Positions 36,061-46,643 of a stretch of 64,000 nt of DNA are shown one piece after another (the stretch's first letter is position 1; the number at the start of each line of letters is the position of its first letter). The notes under the pieces were generated by a model. The model saw only the letters and a list, made by a program, of their open reading frames with translations. It was not told where the DNA came from and did no database searches. The stretch is from Oscillospiraceae bacterium (GTDB lineage: Bacteria > Bacillota > Clostridia > Oscillospirales > CAG-272). Location of the stretch: assembly GCA_015064845.1 (NCBI GenBank), contig SVRL01000006.1, positions 6,865-70,864 on the forward strand, in the 5' to 3' direction. The translations under genes and the position numbers were made by a program.

Positions 36061-36819
36061 TTATAAAAGTTCCATTGCAGTCCTTTCCGTATTCACGCAG
36101 GAAGCTTTGCTTCTTTCGTTTACACCGTCAAATTTCTCATACGCCCGATAGTAACGAATTCCAAGTTCTTTCAGTGCGTCGGCATTGAAATGAAGACGGT
36201 CGGAATTAGATTCGAGCCCTTCGGCGGAAGCAAAAGCGCAATTCGGATATTCCGCGCCCAATTCTTGCAGTATGCGATTGATCTTTACGTAATTTTGAGC
36301 AACTTCCGGATATTTCTCAAATTTACCGAGAAAATCACCGAGCCCGCCAATGACGATGGGAAGATCGGGAAAGCCGAGTTCTCCGCGCAGTTCATTCATG
36401 ACGAAACGAAATCTTTTTGCATATAATGTGTAATTTTCACCAAAGCAATCATTTTCGCCTTGATGCCACAATATGCCTTTGAGAACAGAAGTTCGCATGG
36501 CAAGCTTGGCGCAATGCAAAGCATTGTCAAACAAAATCTCTCTCGGCAACCATTGCGAAATCTGCGTTCCGCCATCCGCGCAGGGAATGATTCCGACTTG
36601 GATTCCGGGATGCGCAAGCACATATTCTTTTGCGAAACTCTCGGCAAAACAAACGCCCGAAGTATGTCTGTCGGGGTTCACGGGACGGAACATATTTACC
36701 CACAAGCCGTTCCGAAAAACCTTTAATTTACCTCCGCAGGTATCAAGCGGCTCCGCTTCCGAAAGAAAGCCCCTTCCCGCCGCATTGGATTGTCCGATCA
36801 GTAAAAATGAATGTATCAT
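36061..36819 (-). CDS. Sialate O-acetylesterase (SASA/DUF303) family
   Basis: LIGQSNAAG, ILWHQGEND, D.LHF. Confidence 0.85.
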   Translation of the reverse strand: MIHSFLLIGQSNAAGRGFLSEAEPLDTCGGKLKVFRNGLWVNMFRPVNPDRHTSGVCFAESFAKEYVLAHPGIQVGIIPCADGGTQISQWLPREILFDNALHCAKLAMRTSVLKGILWHQGENDCFGENYTLYAKRFRFVMNELRGELGFPDLPIVIGGLGDFLGKFEKYPEVAQNYVKINRILQELGAEYPNCAFASAEGLESNSDRLHFNADALKELGIRYYRAYEKFDGVNERSKASCVNTERTAMELL

Positions 36820-37011
36820 ATTTTTTATTCCTTATTCATCGATTTTATAGACCGCAAAACAGAAATTTTTGAGAATTTCCATCTTGCGTTCATACTATTA
36901 TGATACATAACTTCCAAAGAATTGTCAACGTGAAATTTTTTCAAAATTCACTTGACAGCAGTCTTACAAAAATATATACTGATAACAGAAATTTTACAAG
37001 GAGATCCGCAA

Positions 37012-37452
37012 ATGAAAAAAGCTTGGATTACAATTGCTTTTGTTATCGTTTTCATTGTTCCGACTTTCTTATGTATTCATTTGTATCAACAAAAAGCAAC
37101 CGAACATAAAAACTTGGAAGCGACATGTGAAAACAGCATAACCTCATCTTTGGAATATTTTCAATCATATCTTGCTACGGAAAAAGAATCCGATTATATT
37201 GCGGGCGTTTCCGAATTTCGTGTTTATATGGCTTCTTATCATTGTCTTATGAAGATGGAGAACAACACCAACTACGTTTGGTGCAACGCACTTTACGGAG
37301 AAATGGTTTTGAATGCCGAAGAAATGAAATCGCATATTCCCAAATTGATTGCAGCCTTGGAGTATCTTGCAACAGATTATCAACATCCGAACGGATTCCA
37401 ATTGATTTTTAATCTAACCAATCAAATCGAGAGCAAGCCTTCATCAAATTAA
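37012..37452 (+). CDS. Hypothetical membrane-anchored protein
   Basis: N-terminal TM; RBS AGGAG. Confidence 0.7.
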   Translation: MKKAWITIAFVIVFIVPTFLCIHLYQQKATEHKNLEATCENSITSSLEYFQSYLATEKESDYIAGVSEFRVYMASYHCLMKMENNTNYVWCNALYGEMVLNAEEMKSHIPKLIAALEYLATDYQHPNGFQLIFNLTNQIESKPSSN

Positions 37453-37568
37453 AAAAGCAATCAAATACAACAATTGTTTCGTGCAATATTCCAATCGTTA
37501 AACAAATCCTCCCTCGGCAGAACCTTCTGCTTCGGGAGGATTTTTCTCATACAAACACAAATATTTGC

Positions 37569-38813
37569 TTATGAAGATGAAATCAGGACATAAAGGAGTT
37601 CTGCCGCAGATGCACGTGTCAAAACGGCTTTACGTTCCGCATCCGCAAGCAATCCTACGGAAGCAAGCATGGCAAGCCCGTCATCGGAAATCACACCTTC
37701 CTCATCAATGGAAGCTGCAACGGCTTCTCCAAAGGAAAGCTCTTTATAATTCGCAATTCTGCCGAGCAAAGTGGAAGCTTGTTCGGAGGTAATGGCTTCG
37801 TTGGGACAGAAGCATCTTCCTTCCTCTGTATCCAGACCGATGATCAGTCCCATTCTTGCCGCTGTTGCGATATAACGGTTTTGCATATCGGTGAAGCTTG
37901 CGCGGTCCGCAAAATTTGATTGATTGGAAGCCATCAGCGTCGTATCAATATCACACATTTTCATCGCCATCATCAGAAAATCCGCGCGCGTTACCGTTTT
38001 TTCGGGATAAAAATTCCATTCTTCTCCGAGTTTCTCTCCAATCAATGCGCCTTTTTCGGCAAGCACGGCAGCGGGAAGCGCACATTCCTTATCTTTCAAA
38101 TCCGAATAGATGATACCGCTTGTATTGGGTGTTGTGGTAACGAAAACGACCGCAGGTTCCGAACGGTTTCCATAGCAATCGGAAACGTAATATGAAAAAC
38201 GATCTGAGCCGGATCCGTTTTCACTTGCGGTATATAATATTTTCCCATCCTTCGAAAGTGTCAGCTTTCCGTTTTTCGGAGCTTCTGCCAAATGATAAGT
38301 GATGGCATCTCCGTCGGGATCGGATGCGTTCAAGGAAGCATAAACGGGAATATTTTCTTTTGCCGTCAGCACGGATGCATTGGCAGATGGCGCAAAATTC
38401 AGTGTATCCAGCATATAGACCGTACAAAGGAAAGGTTTTTCATATTCCGTTCCCAACGGCAAAAAACGAAAAACCGCAGTCTTTCCTTCCTCGGCGGGAA
38501 TAAAGCGAAGCGCCGCCAGCATTTCCCTTTCGATGACATCGCCCTGTTCAAGAGATTTTGTTCCAAGTTTTAAAACACCGTCGGAATCATCCGGCAGCGA
38601 TTGCAGTTTGATTCCCGTGAAATCCGATGCACCAAGCAATTCTTCAAAATCCTCTTCTCCAAAAGAAACGGTATTGGTTCCCACACCCGTCTTTATCATT
38701 TCAAAATCTTCCTGCATAACGGCTATGGCGGGAGAAAGCGCAGTACCGCCCACCGTAAGTCCCAGACAAAAAAGCCAAAAAATCAAAAGTCCGAAAAATC
38801 CGATTTTTTTCAT
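37569..38813 (-). CDS. Secreted Ig-like (Big_9-type) + S-layer homology domain protein
   Basis: DPDGDAITY, PEKTVTRADF, PNEAITSEQA, TRASAA SLH motifs. Confidence 0.8.
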   Translation of the reverse strand: MKKIGFFGLLIFWLFCLGLTVGGTALSPAIAVMQEDFEMIKTGVGTNTVSFGEEDFEELLGASDFTGIKLQSLPDDSDGVLKLGTKSLEQGDVIEREMLAALRFIPAEEGKTAVFRFLPLGTEYEKPFLCTVYMLDTLNFAPSANASVLTAKENIPVYASLNASDPDGDAITYHLAEAPKNGKLTLSKDGKILYTASENGSGSDRFSYYVSDCYGNRSEPAVVFVTTTPNTSGIIYSDLKDKECALPAAVLAEKGALIGEKLGEEWNFYPEKTVTRADFLMMAMKMCDIDTTLMASNQSNFADRASFTDMQNRYIATAARMGLIIGLDTEEGRCFCPNEAITSEQASTLLGRIANYKELSFGEAVAASIDEEGVISDDGLAMLASVGLLADAERKAVLTRASAAELLYVLISSS

Positions 38814-38964
38814 ATTTCAATGGATTCCTTTCTGAAAATTTGATATGGATATTTTACCCACGCCCAATTTTTTTATGCAAAAACTTGACAATGCGTAAAA
38901 AAAGTAATAAAATAATCCTACACGATACACAAATAGCTACTCGGTCCAACGACGGAAAATCGTG

Positions 38965-39015
38965 AGTGGGCAACGCCCGCAAAAAACGGTTGCTTCGAAA
39001 AATCGGAGCAATTTC
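38965..39015 (+). repeat. Dispersed leader element, copy D (internally deleted)
   Basis: Exact 16-mer AGTGGGCAACGCCCGC shared with copy A; ends in GCAATTTC. Confidence 0.6.
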
Positions 39016-39061
39016 AAACCAATAAAACAGCCGCGGAATCTGCGGCGGAAAAGGAGTCGTT

Positions 39062-40060
39062 ATGACATTATTTCTCATCGGCGCAATCGCCATCCTCATT
39101 TCCGTAATTGCCCTCGTATACGTTTCGAGCAAGTGTAAACGCGGTGCATATCCCAATCAGAAAAAAGTCGGTCTGATCATTTTCGCAGTTACCTTTCTCA
39201 TCGGCATCGGCGGAATGACGGCAGACTGCATTACCACAGTCCCCACAGGACACACCGGTATCGTTACCACGTTCGGACGCGTGGAAGACAAAACCTTTGA
39301 AGCGGGCGTTCACGTAAAAGCCCCTTGGCAACAGGTTGTTGTCATGGATAACCGCATCCAGAAAGCAGGCTTGGAAATGCTTTGTTTCTCAAGCGATATG
39401 CAAGAAGTTGTAACCAACTACACCGTAAACTACCAGATTGAAAAAGCAAACGCGCAAACCATTTACAAGGATATCGGACAAGACTATTATAACATCGTGA
39501 TCGCGCCTCGCATTCAGCAAGCCGTAAAAGACGGAATCAAAAAATACAACGCGGAAGAACTGATTGCAAACAGAGAAATTCTTGCCGCTGAAATCAAAGA
39601 AAATCTTGCGGAAAAGCTTGCCGCATACAATATCGCGCTGATCGATACTTCCATTGAAAATCTTGATTTTTCCGATAAATTTACCGATGCCGTGGAAGCG
39701 AAACAAGTGGCATCTCAGGAAAAGCTGAAAGCGGAAATCCAGCAGGAACAGGCAAATCTTGAAGCAAAAGCCAAAGCGGAACGCGAAATGATTGCCGCGC
39801 AGGCAGAAGCGGAAAAGAAAATTCTCGCTGCGGAAGCAGAAGCGGAAGCGAAAAAGAAAGAAGCCGATGCCCTCGCATACGCAGGCGAAAAGCAAGCGGA
39901 AGCCAATGAAAAGATCGCAGCAAGCCTTTCCAAAGATCTGATTGAATATAAAACCATTGAACAATGGGACGGTAAACTTCCTTCGTTCGTCGGCGGAGAA
40001 GGTTCCATCCCCGTTTTGAATTTCGGAAATAACAGCAATGACCAAAACACAGCCGAATAA
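39062..40060 (+). CDS. SPFH/prohibitin family membrane protein
   Basis: VPTGHTGIVTTFG, FTDAVEAKQVA, QWDGKLP. Confidence 0.9.
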   Translation: MTLFLIGAIAILISVIALVYVSSKCKRGAYPNQKKVGLIIFAVTFLIGIGGMTADCITTVPTGHTGIVTTFGRVEDKTFEAGVHVKAPWQQVVVMDNRIQKAGLEMLCFSSDMQEVVTNYTVNYQIEKANAQTIYKDIGQDYYNIVIAPRIQQAVKDGIKKYNAEELIANREILAAEIKENLAEKLAAYNIALIDTSIENLDFSDKFTDAVEAKQVASQEKLKAEIQQEQANLEAKAKAEREMIAAQAEAEKKILAAEAEAEAKKKEADALAYAGEKQAEANEKIAASLSKDLIEYKTIEQWDGKLPSFVGGEGSIPVLNFGNNSNDQNTAE

Positions 40061-40844
40061 GACGCAAGAAGAAAAGCAGTCCAAAAAAAATCCTGCCCTC
40101 GCAAGAGCGATTTTGATTTCTGTTTTTCTGTTTTGCATTGCGGCAGGACTTTTACTTTTCTTCCTGAACAAAGAAGAAAAAAACACATATTCCTATTCTC
40201 CGGAAACCAAAATCCTGTTATACCACTTAGTACGCGATGAAACCTACGGAGATTACGAATACTTATTCGTCAGGGAATCGGATTTTGAAAATCAGCTTCT
40301 GGAAATTCAGCGTTTGGGATATCAAACCGTTTTCGCGGACGAGCTTTCCAAGCTGAAAGACGGAGAAAAAGCAGTTGTTCTGACCTTTGACGACGGATAT
40401 TCCGACTGTTACGACACCGTATACCCCTTGCTTCAAAAATATGGGATGAAGGCTACCTTTTTCATTTCCACTGCCTTGCTGGGAGAAGAAAATCATTTGA
40501 CCGAAGCGCAAATTCTGGAAATGCAGGAAAGCGGACTTTGCCGTTTCGGCAGCCATACCGTAACTCATATCCGTCTGGATGAAGCACTCACGGAGGAGGC
40601 GGAACGTGAACTTTCCGAATCAAAAAAAGCGCTCGAAGATCTGACGGGAGAAAAAATTATATCCCTCGCTTATCCGAACGGTGCTTACAATGATCTCGTG
40701 GAATTGTTGGCCGAAAAATGCGGTTATCTCTACTGTTATACCACCAATGCTCCCACAGAGCCTTACTATGAAAATACAGCTCTGCCTCGAAGCTACGTGG
40801 TCAGAGATATGACGGCGGAAGAATTTTCCGCGATTTTGAAATAA
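40038..40844 (+). CDS. Polysaccharide deacetylase (CE4)
   Basis: LTFDDGY, GSHT.TH, LAYPNG. Confidence 0.9.
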   Translation: MTKTQPNKTQEEKQSKKNPALARAILISVFLFCIAAGLLLFFLNKEEKNTYSYSPETKILLYHLVRDETYGDYEYLFVRESDFENQLLEIQRLGYQTVFADELSKLKDGEKAVVLTFDDGYSDCYDTVYPLLQKYGMKATFFISTALLGEENHLTEAQILEMQESGLCRFGSHTVTHIRLDEALTEEAERELSESKKALEDLTGEKIISLAYPNGAYNDLVELLAEKCGYLYCYTTNAPTEPYYENTALPRSYVVRDMTAEEFSAILK

Positions 40845-40855
40845 AGGAGTTTCAG

Positions 40856-41905
40856 ATGAATCAACTACCCCTTGTAATCCAAACGGGAATCCGGCACGGC
40901 GGACATATACAAGGTATTGCCGTTGACCGCGAAAGAAACTATATTTACTGTTCGTTCACAACTGAATTGATAAAACTCGATATGAAAGGCAATTTGATCG
41001 GTTCCGTCAAAGGCTTTACGGGACATCTCGGCTGTCTTGCCTATTCGGAACGGGACGGACGCGTTTACGCCTCTCTGGAATACAAAAACGATGTAATCGG
41101 GAAAAGCATTCTCCATACGCTCGGCATTGCCAACGAGATCAAAAATGCTTTTTACGTCGCCATGTTCGACGTAGAGAAGATCAATCGCCTCAACATGAAT
41201 GCCGAAACCGACGGCGTCATGACCACCGTTTTTCTGCGTGAACCGACGGAAGATTATCTTGCCGAATGGGAAGAAAACGGGAAACTCCAAAAACACCGCT
41301 TTGGCTGTTCCGGCATCGACGGAATCACGTTTGCGCCCATCGGCAATGAAATGCGCTTACTCGTCGCTTACGGCGTTTACAGCGATCTCGAACGCACGGA
41401 TAACGACCATCAGGTTTTAATTTCCTATGTTCCCGAAGAATTGAAGCCATACGAAACCGTTTTAACCGCTGAAAACATTCACGAAAACGGTCCATCTTCT
41501 TGCAAAGAACGCTTTTTCGTCTATACGGGTAACACCAATTTCGGTGTTCAGAATATGGAATACGATCCTTTCACGGGAGATATCTTCCTTGCGGTTTATC
41601 CCGGAAGAAAGCCTTGCTTCCCGAATTTCAAGATGTATGTCATCAACGGCAGAAAAAATCCTGAAGAACGACCGCTTGACGGATTGAACGGAACCAAAGG
41701 AAAAGTTCTTTGGCTGAAAGAAGCAGGTCTTTGTGACAACGCCATTTACGGATATCGTTTCCCTTACGGCTCCACGGGAATGGCTTCTTTGGGTAACGGA
41801 TATTTCTATTTTTCCCAAGATCACAGCGATAAAGGTGCATACTCTTCCGAAATTCGCCTTTACCGTTATACGGGAAATGCCGAAAAACCCTTTATCCCCG
41901 TTTAA
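40856..41905 (+). CDS. Conserved hypothetical, probable beta-propeller
   Basis: Repeating HIQGIAVD / SGIDGITF / QNMEYD blade-like motifs. Confidence 0.6.
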   Translation: MNQLPLVIQTGIRHGGHIQGIAVDRERNYIYCSFTTELIKLDMKGNLIGSVKGFTGHLGCLAYSERDGRVYASLEYKNDVIGKSILHTLGIANEIKNAFYVAMFDVEKINRLNMNAETDGVMTTVFLREPTEDYLAEWEENGKLQKHRFGCSGIDGITFAPIGNEMRLLVAYGVYSDLERTDNDHQVLISYVPEELKPYETVLTAENIHENGPSSCKERFFVYTGNTNFGVQNMEYDPFTGDIFLAVYPGRKPCFPNFKMYVINGRKNPEERPLDGLNGTKGKVLWLKEAGLCDNAIYGYRFPYGSTGMASLGNGYFYFSQDHSDKGAYSSEIRLYRYTGNAEKPFIPV

Positions 41906-41955
41906 AAATTCAAAAATCACATGACAAAGCAATTGAGCCGCAGAGGCGGCACAGA

Positions 41956-43953
41956 ATGGAGACTCTTATGAAACAATCCAAATGGATCTGGAAGCCCGGC
42001 GATTTTGAGCTTTACCACAGCATGCTCGTGCACAACAGAAGAACTTATCAGAACATTTATTACCCTCCCATGTGGCGCATCGACCCACCTTCCTCCAACG
42101 TCATACTCTATAAACGCAGAGATCTGGAAGCACCCGAAACTCTGACCGTTTACGCCAACACCGATCAGGCAAGTTTTCTCGTCAACGACCAACGTTATCC
42201 CATCGGCACTACGGTTACATTACAGCCGGGACGCAATTTCATTAAGCTGGCGGGTTACAAACCCGATGCGTTTCCCGCCTTTTATTGCGTCGGCGATACT
42301 TTCGCCTCCGATGAAAGCTGGAAATTCGGTTCTTTTGGTGCAAGAGATCTGCATGCGGGTACCAACGATATGTATACGGAACTTTCCGACCGTCCCGAAA
42401 TTTTCAAATTCTCTTACGAAAGAATTTTTCCCGTTACGTCGGAATCCGTAAACGGCGGTATTCTTTACGACTTCGGCAAAGAAACTTTCGGCAAACTGAT
42501 TTTTGAAAATCTTTCCGACGATGCATGCGCAACCGTGGTTTGCGGTGAATCCCGTGAAGAAGCCCTTTCCGACGGACAAGCCATCGTTTACGTTCCGCTG
42601 AAAGCAGAAAACAACACGTTTATTTCCACTCCCGTTGCATTCCGTTACGTTTTTGTTCCCGCTCTTCCCTGTGAATACAGTTTTTCCGCAGATTACGAAT
42701 ATCTTCCCTTTGAACAAAAAGGTTCCTTCCGTTCAGACGATGCGCTGATCAATCAAATCTGGGATGTTGCGGATTATACACTCCGGCTGAATGCTCGCGA
42801 AGGATTTTTTGACGGACTGAAACGCGACCGCTGGATTTGGGGCGGCGATGCTTACCAAAGTTATTTCGTCAATTATTATCTGATGAATGATAAGGATATC
42901 GTTCGCCGTACACAGCGCATGCTCCGCGGAGAAAATCCCGTTACCATGCACATCAATACCATTGCCGATTATACTTTCTATTGGATTGCCGCAATGTGGG
43001 AATACTATTTCCATACGGGCGATATTGGATTTATTCATTCTTCCTATCCCAATATGCTGACTACCATGAACTTTGTAACCAGCCGTTTGGATGAAGACGG
43101 TCTTTACACCAAACGCCGCGGAGATTGGGTTTTCGTGGATTGGACGAATTTCTTCGATCCCGATGCCGGTCCCATCTGCGCAGAACAAATGCTTCTCTGC
43201 CGCGCTTACGATTGTATGGCAAAATGCTCCGCTTTGGTGGAAGATACCAAAAACACAGAAAAATTCACGGCTTTGAAAAACGATCTTTATGAAAAGATCA
43301 ACGCGCGTTATTGGGATGAAGAGAAAAACGCATTTATTGACGATTACCGCACGGGAAACCGAAACGTTACCCGCCACGCCAATATTTTCGCTTTGCTCTA
43401 TCAGTTAACAACACCCGACCGTTTGGAAAAAATCATTCGCCACGTCATTCAAAATCCCGAAATTCCCGCCATTACCACACCCTATTTTGAATTTTTCGAA
43501 TTGGATGCCATGTGCGGAATCGGAGAATTTTCCTATATGACCGATATGCTCCGCAACTATTGGGGCGGAATGCTGAAGCAGGGCGCAACAACCTTCTGGG
43601 AAGAATATTTCCCCGAAAAATCCCGTGTGGAAAACTATGCCATGTATGGAAAAGAATATGGTAGAAGCCTTTGCCACGCATGGGGCGCTTCTCCGATCTA
43701 TCTGCTCGGTAAATATGCCCTCGGTGTCCGTCCGACCGCTCCGGCATATCAGACGTACGAGGTCCGTCCGAACCTTATGTGCTTCGGAGAATTCGAAGGA
43801 ACCGTTCCCGCAGGAGACGGCTTGATCCGTGTAAAAATGAACCGAGAGTCCGTTACCGTCCTCTCCGATATTGAAGGAGGAACGCTCGTTCTTGGCGAAA
43901 AAACGTATCCCATCGAGAAAAATATTCCTTTGACCGCAGCAATCGAAAAATAA
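41956..43953 (+). CDS. Alpha-L-rhamnosidase (GH78)
   Basis: DGLKRDRWIWGGD, TTFWEEY, SLCHAWGASP. Confidence 0.9.
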   Translation: METLMKQSKWIWKPGDFELYHSMLVHNRRTYQNIYYPPMWRIDPPSSNVILYKRRDLEAPETLTVYANTDQASFLVNDQRYPIGTTVTLQPGRNFIKLAGYKPDAFPAFYCVGDTFASDESWKFGSFGARDLHAGTNDMYTELSDRPEIFKFSYERIFPVTSESVNGGILYDFGKETFGKLIFENLSDDACATVVCGESREEALSDGQAIVYVPLKAENNTFISTPVAFRYVFVPALPCEYSFSADYEYLPFEQKGSFRSDDALINQIWDVADYTLRLNAREGFFDGLKRDRWIWGGDAYQSYFVNYYLMNDKDIVRRTQRMLRGENPVTMHINTIADYTFYWIAAMWEYYFHTGDIGFIHSSYPNMLTTMNFVTSRLDEDGLYTKRRGDWVFVDWTNFFDPDAGPICAEQMLLCRAYDCMAKCSALVEDTKNTEKFTALKNDLYEKINARYWDEEKNAFIDDYRTGNRNVTRHANIFALLYQLTTPDRLEKIIRHVIQNPEIPAITTPYFEFFELDAMCGIGEFSYMTDMLRNYWGGMLKQGATTFWEEYFPEKSRVENYAMYGKEYGRSLCHAWGASPIYLLGKYALGVRPTAPAYQTYEVRPNLMCFGEFEGTVPAGDGLIRVKMNRESVTVLSDIEGGTLVLGEKTYPIEKNIPLTAAIEK

Positions 43954-44026
43954 TACTCCGTTATATCGCTTCCCGACCGCATTTCAATGGCGGTCGGGAT
44001 TCTTCTTTAAAGCCCATCGAAAAAAG

Positions 44027-44215
44027 TTTTCCAAATAGTTTTCCACAGTTTGTGGAAAACCATCTTTTTCAGAAAAGCAAAAAGCAAACCTCGGATTTTA
44101 TGATATAAATATCTCGGATTTTACAATGTTTTTCCGGCAAATTCTGCTTTTCCATCGGAAATCGGTAAAATTTTGAATGTGTTTTTCCGAACGTTTTCCA
44201 CAATGCTGTGGTTTC
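44027..44215. promoter_or_regulatory. DnaA-box cluster
   Basis: TTTTCCACA at 44039-44047 and 44194-44202, TGTGGAAAA at 44051-44059, TTTTCCAAA at 44027-44035. Confidence 0.5.
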
Positions 44216-44318
44216 TGAAAATATCCGACAAAATTCTCGAAAATTTCCGTATATACAGAAATCCTTTCATTTTTTTGTAAATTTGCACAAAAATTTCGGC
44301 ACTTCACAAAAAAATCAG

Positions 44319-44348
44319 TTGACAAGAAGTGTGAAAGTACGATATAAT
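44319..44348 (+). promoter_or_regulatory. Sigma-A promoter of the yicC-gmk operon
   Basis: TTGACA-18 nt-TATAAT. Confidence 0.8.
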
Positions 44349-44430
44349 ATATATTATAATATTTAATAAAACAGCACATCGGCGGTATCTCCGCCCGATT
44401 CGTGATAGAAAAAGAAAGGAATCTCCCGTT

Positions 44431-45312
44431 ATGATCAGAAGTATGACAGGGTATGGTCGCGCCAAAAGAGAGATCGGCGGCAGAAATATCCTCGTTGAAA
44501 TCAAATCCGTTAACAACCGTTATTTGGATTGTTCCGTAAAACTCCCCAAAATTTTTGGTTTTCTGGAAGATAAAATCAAATCGTATATCTCCACAAAAGG
44601 AATTTCCCGCGGAAAAATTGAAATTTACGTCTCCATTGATATTCTGGAAGAAATCGGTGTCAGTGTGGAACTTGATAGCGCGTATACAGCAAGTTATATC
44701 GCCGCTTTGCGCCGTCTCGCAAATGAATTTCATCTTCCGGACGACATTACCGTGATGTCCGTTGCCGCCAACCGTGATATTTTCGCCGTGAAAAAAGCGG
44801 ACGAGGATATGGAAAAAGAATGGTCCTGCGTTCTTCCCGTTTTGGAAGAAGCAACCTCAGCTTTCATTTCTGCCAGAGAACGCGAAGGCGCAAACATGAA
44901 AGCTGATATTGAAGCGAAAAAACGCCGCGTGGAAGAACTCGTCGAACAAATTGCCCCCCTTTCCGCAGCTGACGTAAAGAATCAATACAACAAAATCAAA
45001 ACACGCATAAAACAGCTGATCGGAGATGTTACCGTTGACGAAGCAAGACTGATCACGGAAAGTGCCGTTTTCGCAGACAAGATCGCCATTGACGAGGAAT
45101 TGGTTCGCCTGCGTTCCCATTTCGAAGCTTTCGATTCTATCCTCGCTTCCGATGTCCCCGTCGGAAGAAAGCTTGATTTTCTTCTCCAGGAAATCAACAG
45201 AGAAACTAATACCATCGGTTCCAAAGCATGCGATCTTGAAATCGCAAAGCTGGTAGTTGAAATCAAGAGCGAACTCGAAAAGATCCGCGAACAGATTCAG
45301 AACATCGAATAA
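44431..45312 (+). CDS. yicC: YicC/YloC family endoribonuclease
   Basis: SMTGYG, EIKSVNNRYLD, GRKLDFLLQEINRETNTIGSK. Confidence 0.95.
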   Translation: MIRSMTGYGRAKREIGGRNILVEIKSVNNRYLDCSVKLPKIFGFLEDKIKSYISTKGISRGKIEIYVSIDILEEIGVSVELDSAYTASYIAALRRLANEFHLPDDITVMSVAANRDIFAVKKADEDMEKEWSCVLPVLEEATSAFISAREREGANMKADIEAKKRRVEELVEQIAPLSAADVKNQYNKIKTRIKQLIGDVTVDEARLITESAVFADKIAIDEELVRLRSHFEAFDSILASDVPVGRKLDFLLQEINRETNTIGSKACDLEIAKLVVEIKSELEKIREQIQNIE

Positions 45313-45355
45313 GCTTCGCTTAAATTAAAAGTTTACGAAAGGAACATCGGATATC

Positions 45356-45628
45356 ATGAAATTCATCAGCATTGGCAACGGCAATATGGTTGCGGCGCAC
45401 AGAGTCATTTCCATTGTCAGTCCCGATTCCGCTCCGATCAAGCGTTATATCCAGGATGCAAGAGATGCGGGACGCGTGATTGACGTTTCCTGCGGAAGAA
45501 GAACCCGTTCCGTCATTTTCACAGACAGCGACCACGTCATTCTCTCCGCCATCAAAGCGGAAACCATTTCCAATCGCCTGAACGGACAGTACGAACAGGA
45601 CGATGAGGAAGAAAACGAAGAAGAATAA
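45356..45628 (+). CDS. remA: RemA/DUF370 family regulator
   Basis: [25 protein letters not shown]...[19 protein letters not shown]. Confidence 0.92.
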   Translation: MKFISIGNGNMVAAHRVISIVSPDSAPIKRYIQDARDAGRVIDVSCGRRTRSVIFTDSDHVILSAIKAETISNRLNGQYEQDDEEENEEE

Positions 45629-45650
45629 ATCAAAGAAAGGATATCACTCC

Positions 45651-46256
45651 ATGAAAAAAGGATTACTTGTTATCATCTCCGGTCCCGCAGGAAGCGGAAA
45701 GGGTACGATCGTGAAAAGAGTCCGCGAGCTTGCCCCCTTTGATTTTTCCGTTTCCGCAACCACACGCAAACCCAGACAAGGCGAAGAAGAAGGCGTTCAC
45801 TATTACTTCGTCACCAAAGAAGATTTTGAAAAGAAAATCGCGGAAGGCGAAATGCTCGAATACGCACAGTACGTCGGTAATTATTACGGAACGCCGAAAA
45901 AACCCGTGGAAAAAGCACTTGCCGAGGGAAAAAATATCATTCTTGATATTGAAGTCAAAGGCGCGCTTCAGGTAAAGGAAAAAATGCCGGAAGCCGTCAT
46001 GATCTACGTTTTGCCTCCCGATTACGAAACCCTTCTTGCAAGAATCCGCGGCAGAGGAACGGAAACGGAAGATGTTATTCAAAAAAGAATGACCGAAGCC
46101 AGAACCGAAATCAAAACGTTCCCGAAATACGATTACGTTGTCATCAACCGTGAAAACGGAATCGATGAAGCGGCAAACGATGTTCTTGCGATTCTTCACG
46201 CCGAAACCATGAGAACCTCCCGAAACGCTGAAATTCCCGAAACGTTTTTCTCATAA
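45651..46256 (+). CDS. gmk: Guanylate kinase
   Basis: SGPAGSGKGT, SATTRKPR.GE, NYYGTP. Confidence 0.96.
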   Translation: MKKGLLVIISGPAGSGKGTIVKRVRELAPFDFSVSATTRKPRQGEEEGVHYYFVTKEDFEKKIAEGEMLEYAQYVGNYYGTPKKPVEKALAEGKNIILDIEVKGALQVKEKMPEAVMIYVLPPDYETLLARIRGRGTETEDVIQKRMTEARTEIKTFPKYDYVVINRENGIDEAANDVLAILHAETMRTSRNAEIPETFFS

Positions 46257-46355
46257 GCGGCAAACGCCTGTATGAAATTCCACCCACTTTTCCATATAAT
46301 CAAAAAGCTATCACCAATCAAGAAACAAATCATTTAAAAAGGAGATTGAACCGTT

Positions 46356-46643
46356 ATGATGATCACACCTTCCATTGAACAACTCACACAAGGTAAATTT
46401 AACCGTTATGCCCTCGTTATCGCAACCGCAAAATGCGCAAGAATCGTTACCGATGAATATGTAGCGCAAAGAGAAGAAGCAGAAAAGAAAATTGCGGATA
46501 AGAAAACCGAAAAAACCCTCGCATCCCAGATTGACAGAGATATCCGCGACAACAAAGCCGTCGAAAATGCCGTTCAGCGTCTTTACAAAGGCGATTTCAA
46601 CGTTGTTCTTCCCGAAGAAGCAACCACCGAACAGCTGAAGTAA
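46356..46643 (+). CDS. rpoZ: RNA polymerase omega subunit
   Basis: PSIEQL...NRYALVIATAKCAR; position after gmk. Confidence 0.85.
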   Translation: MMITPSIEQLTQGKFNRYALVIATAKCARIVTDEYVAQREEAEKKIADKKTEKTLASQIDRDIRDNKAVENAVQRLYKGDFNVVLPEEATTEQLK

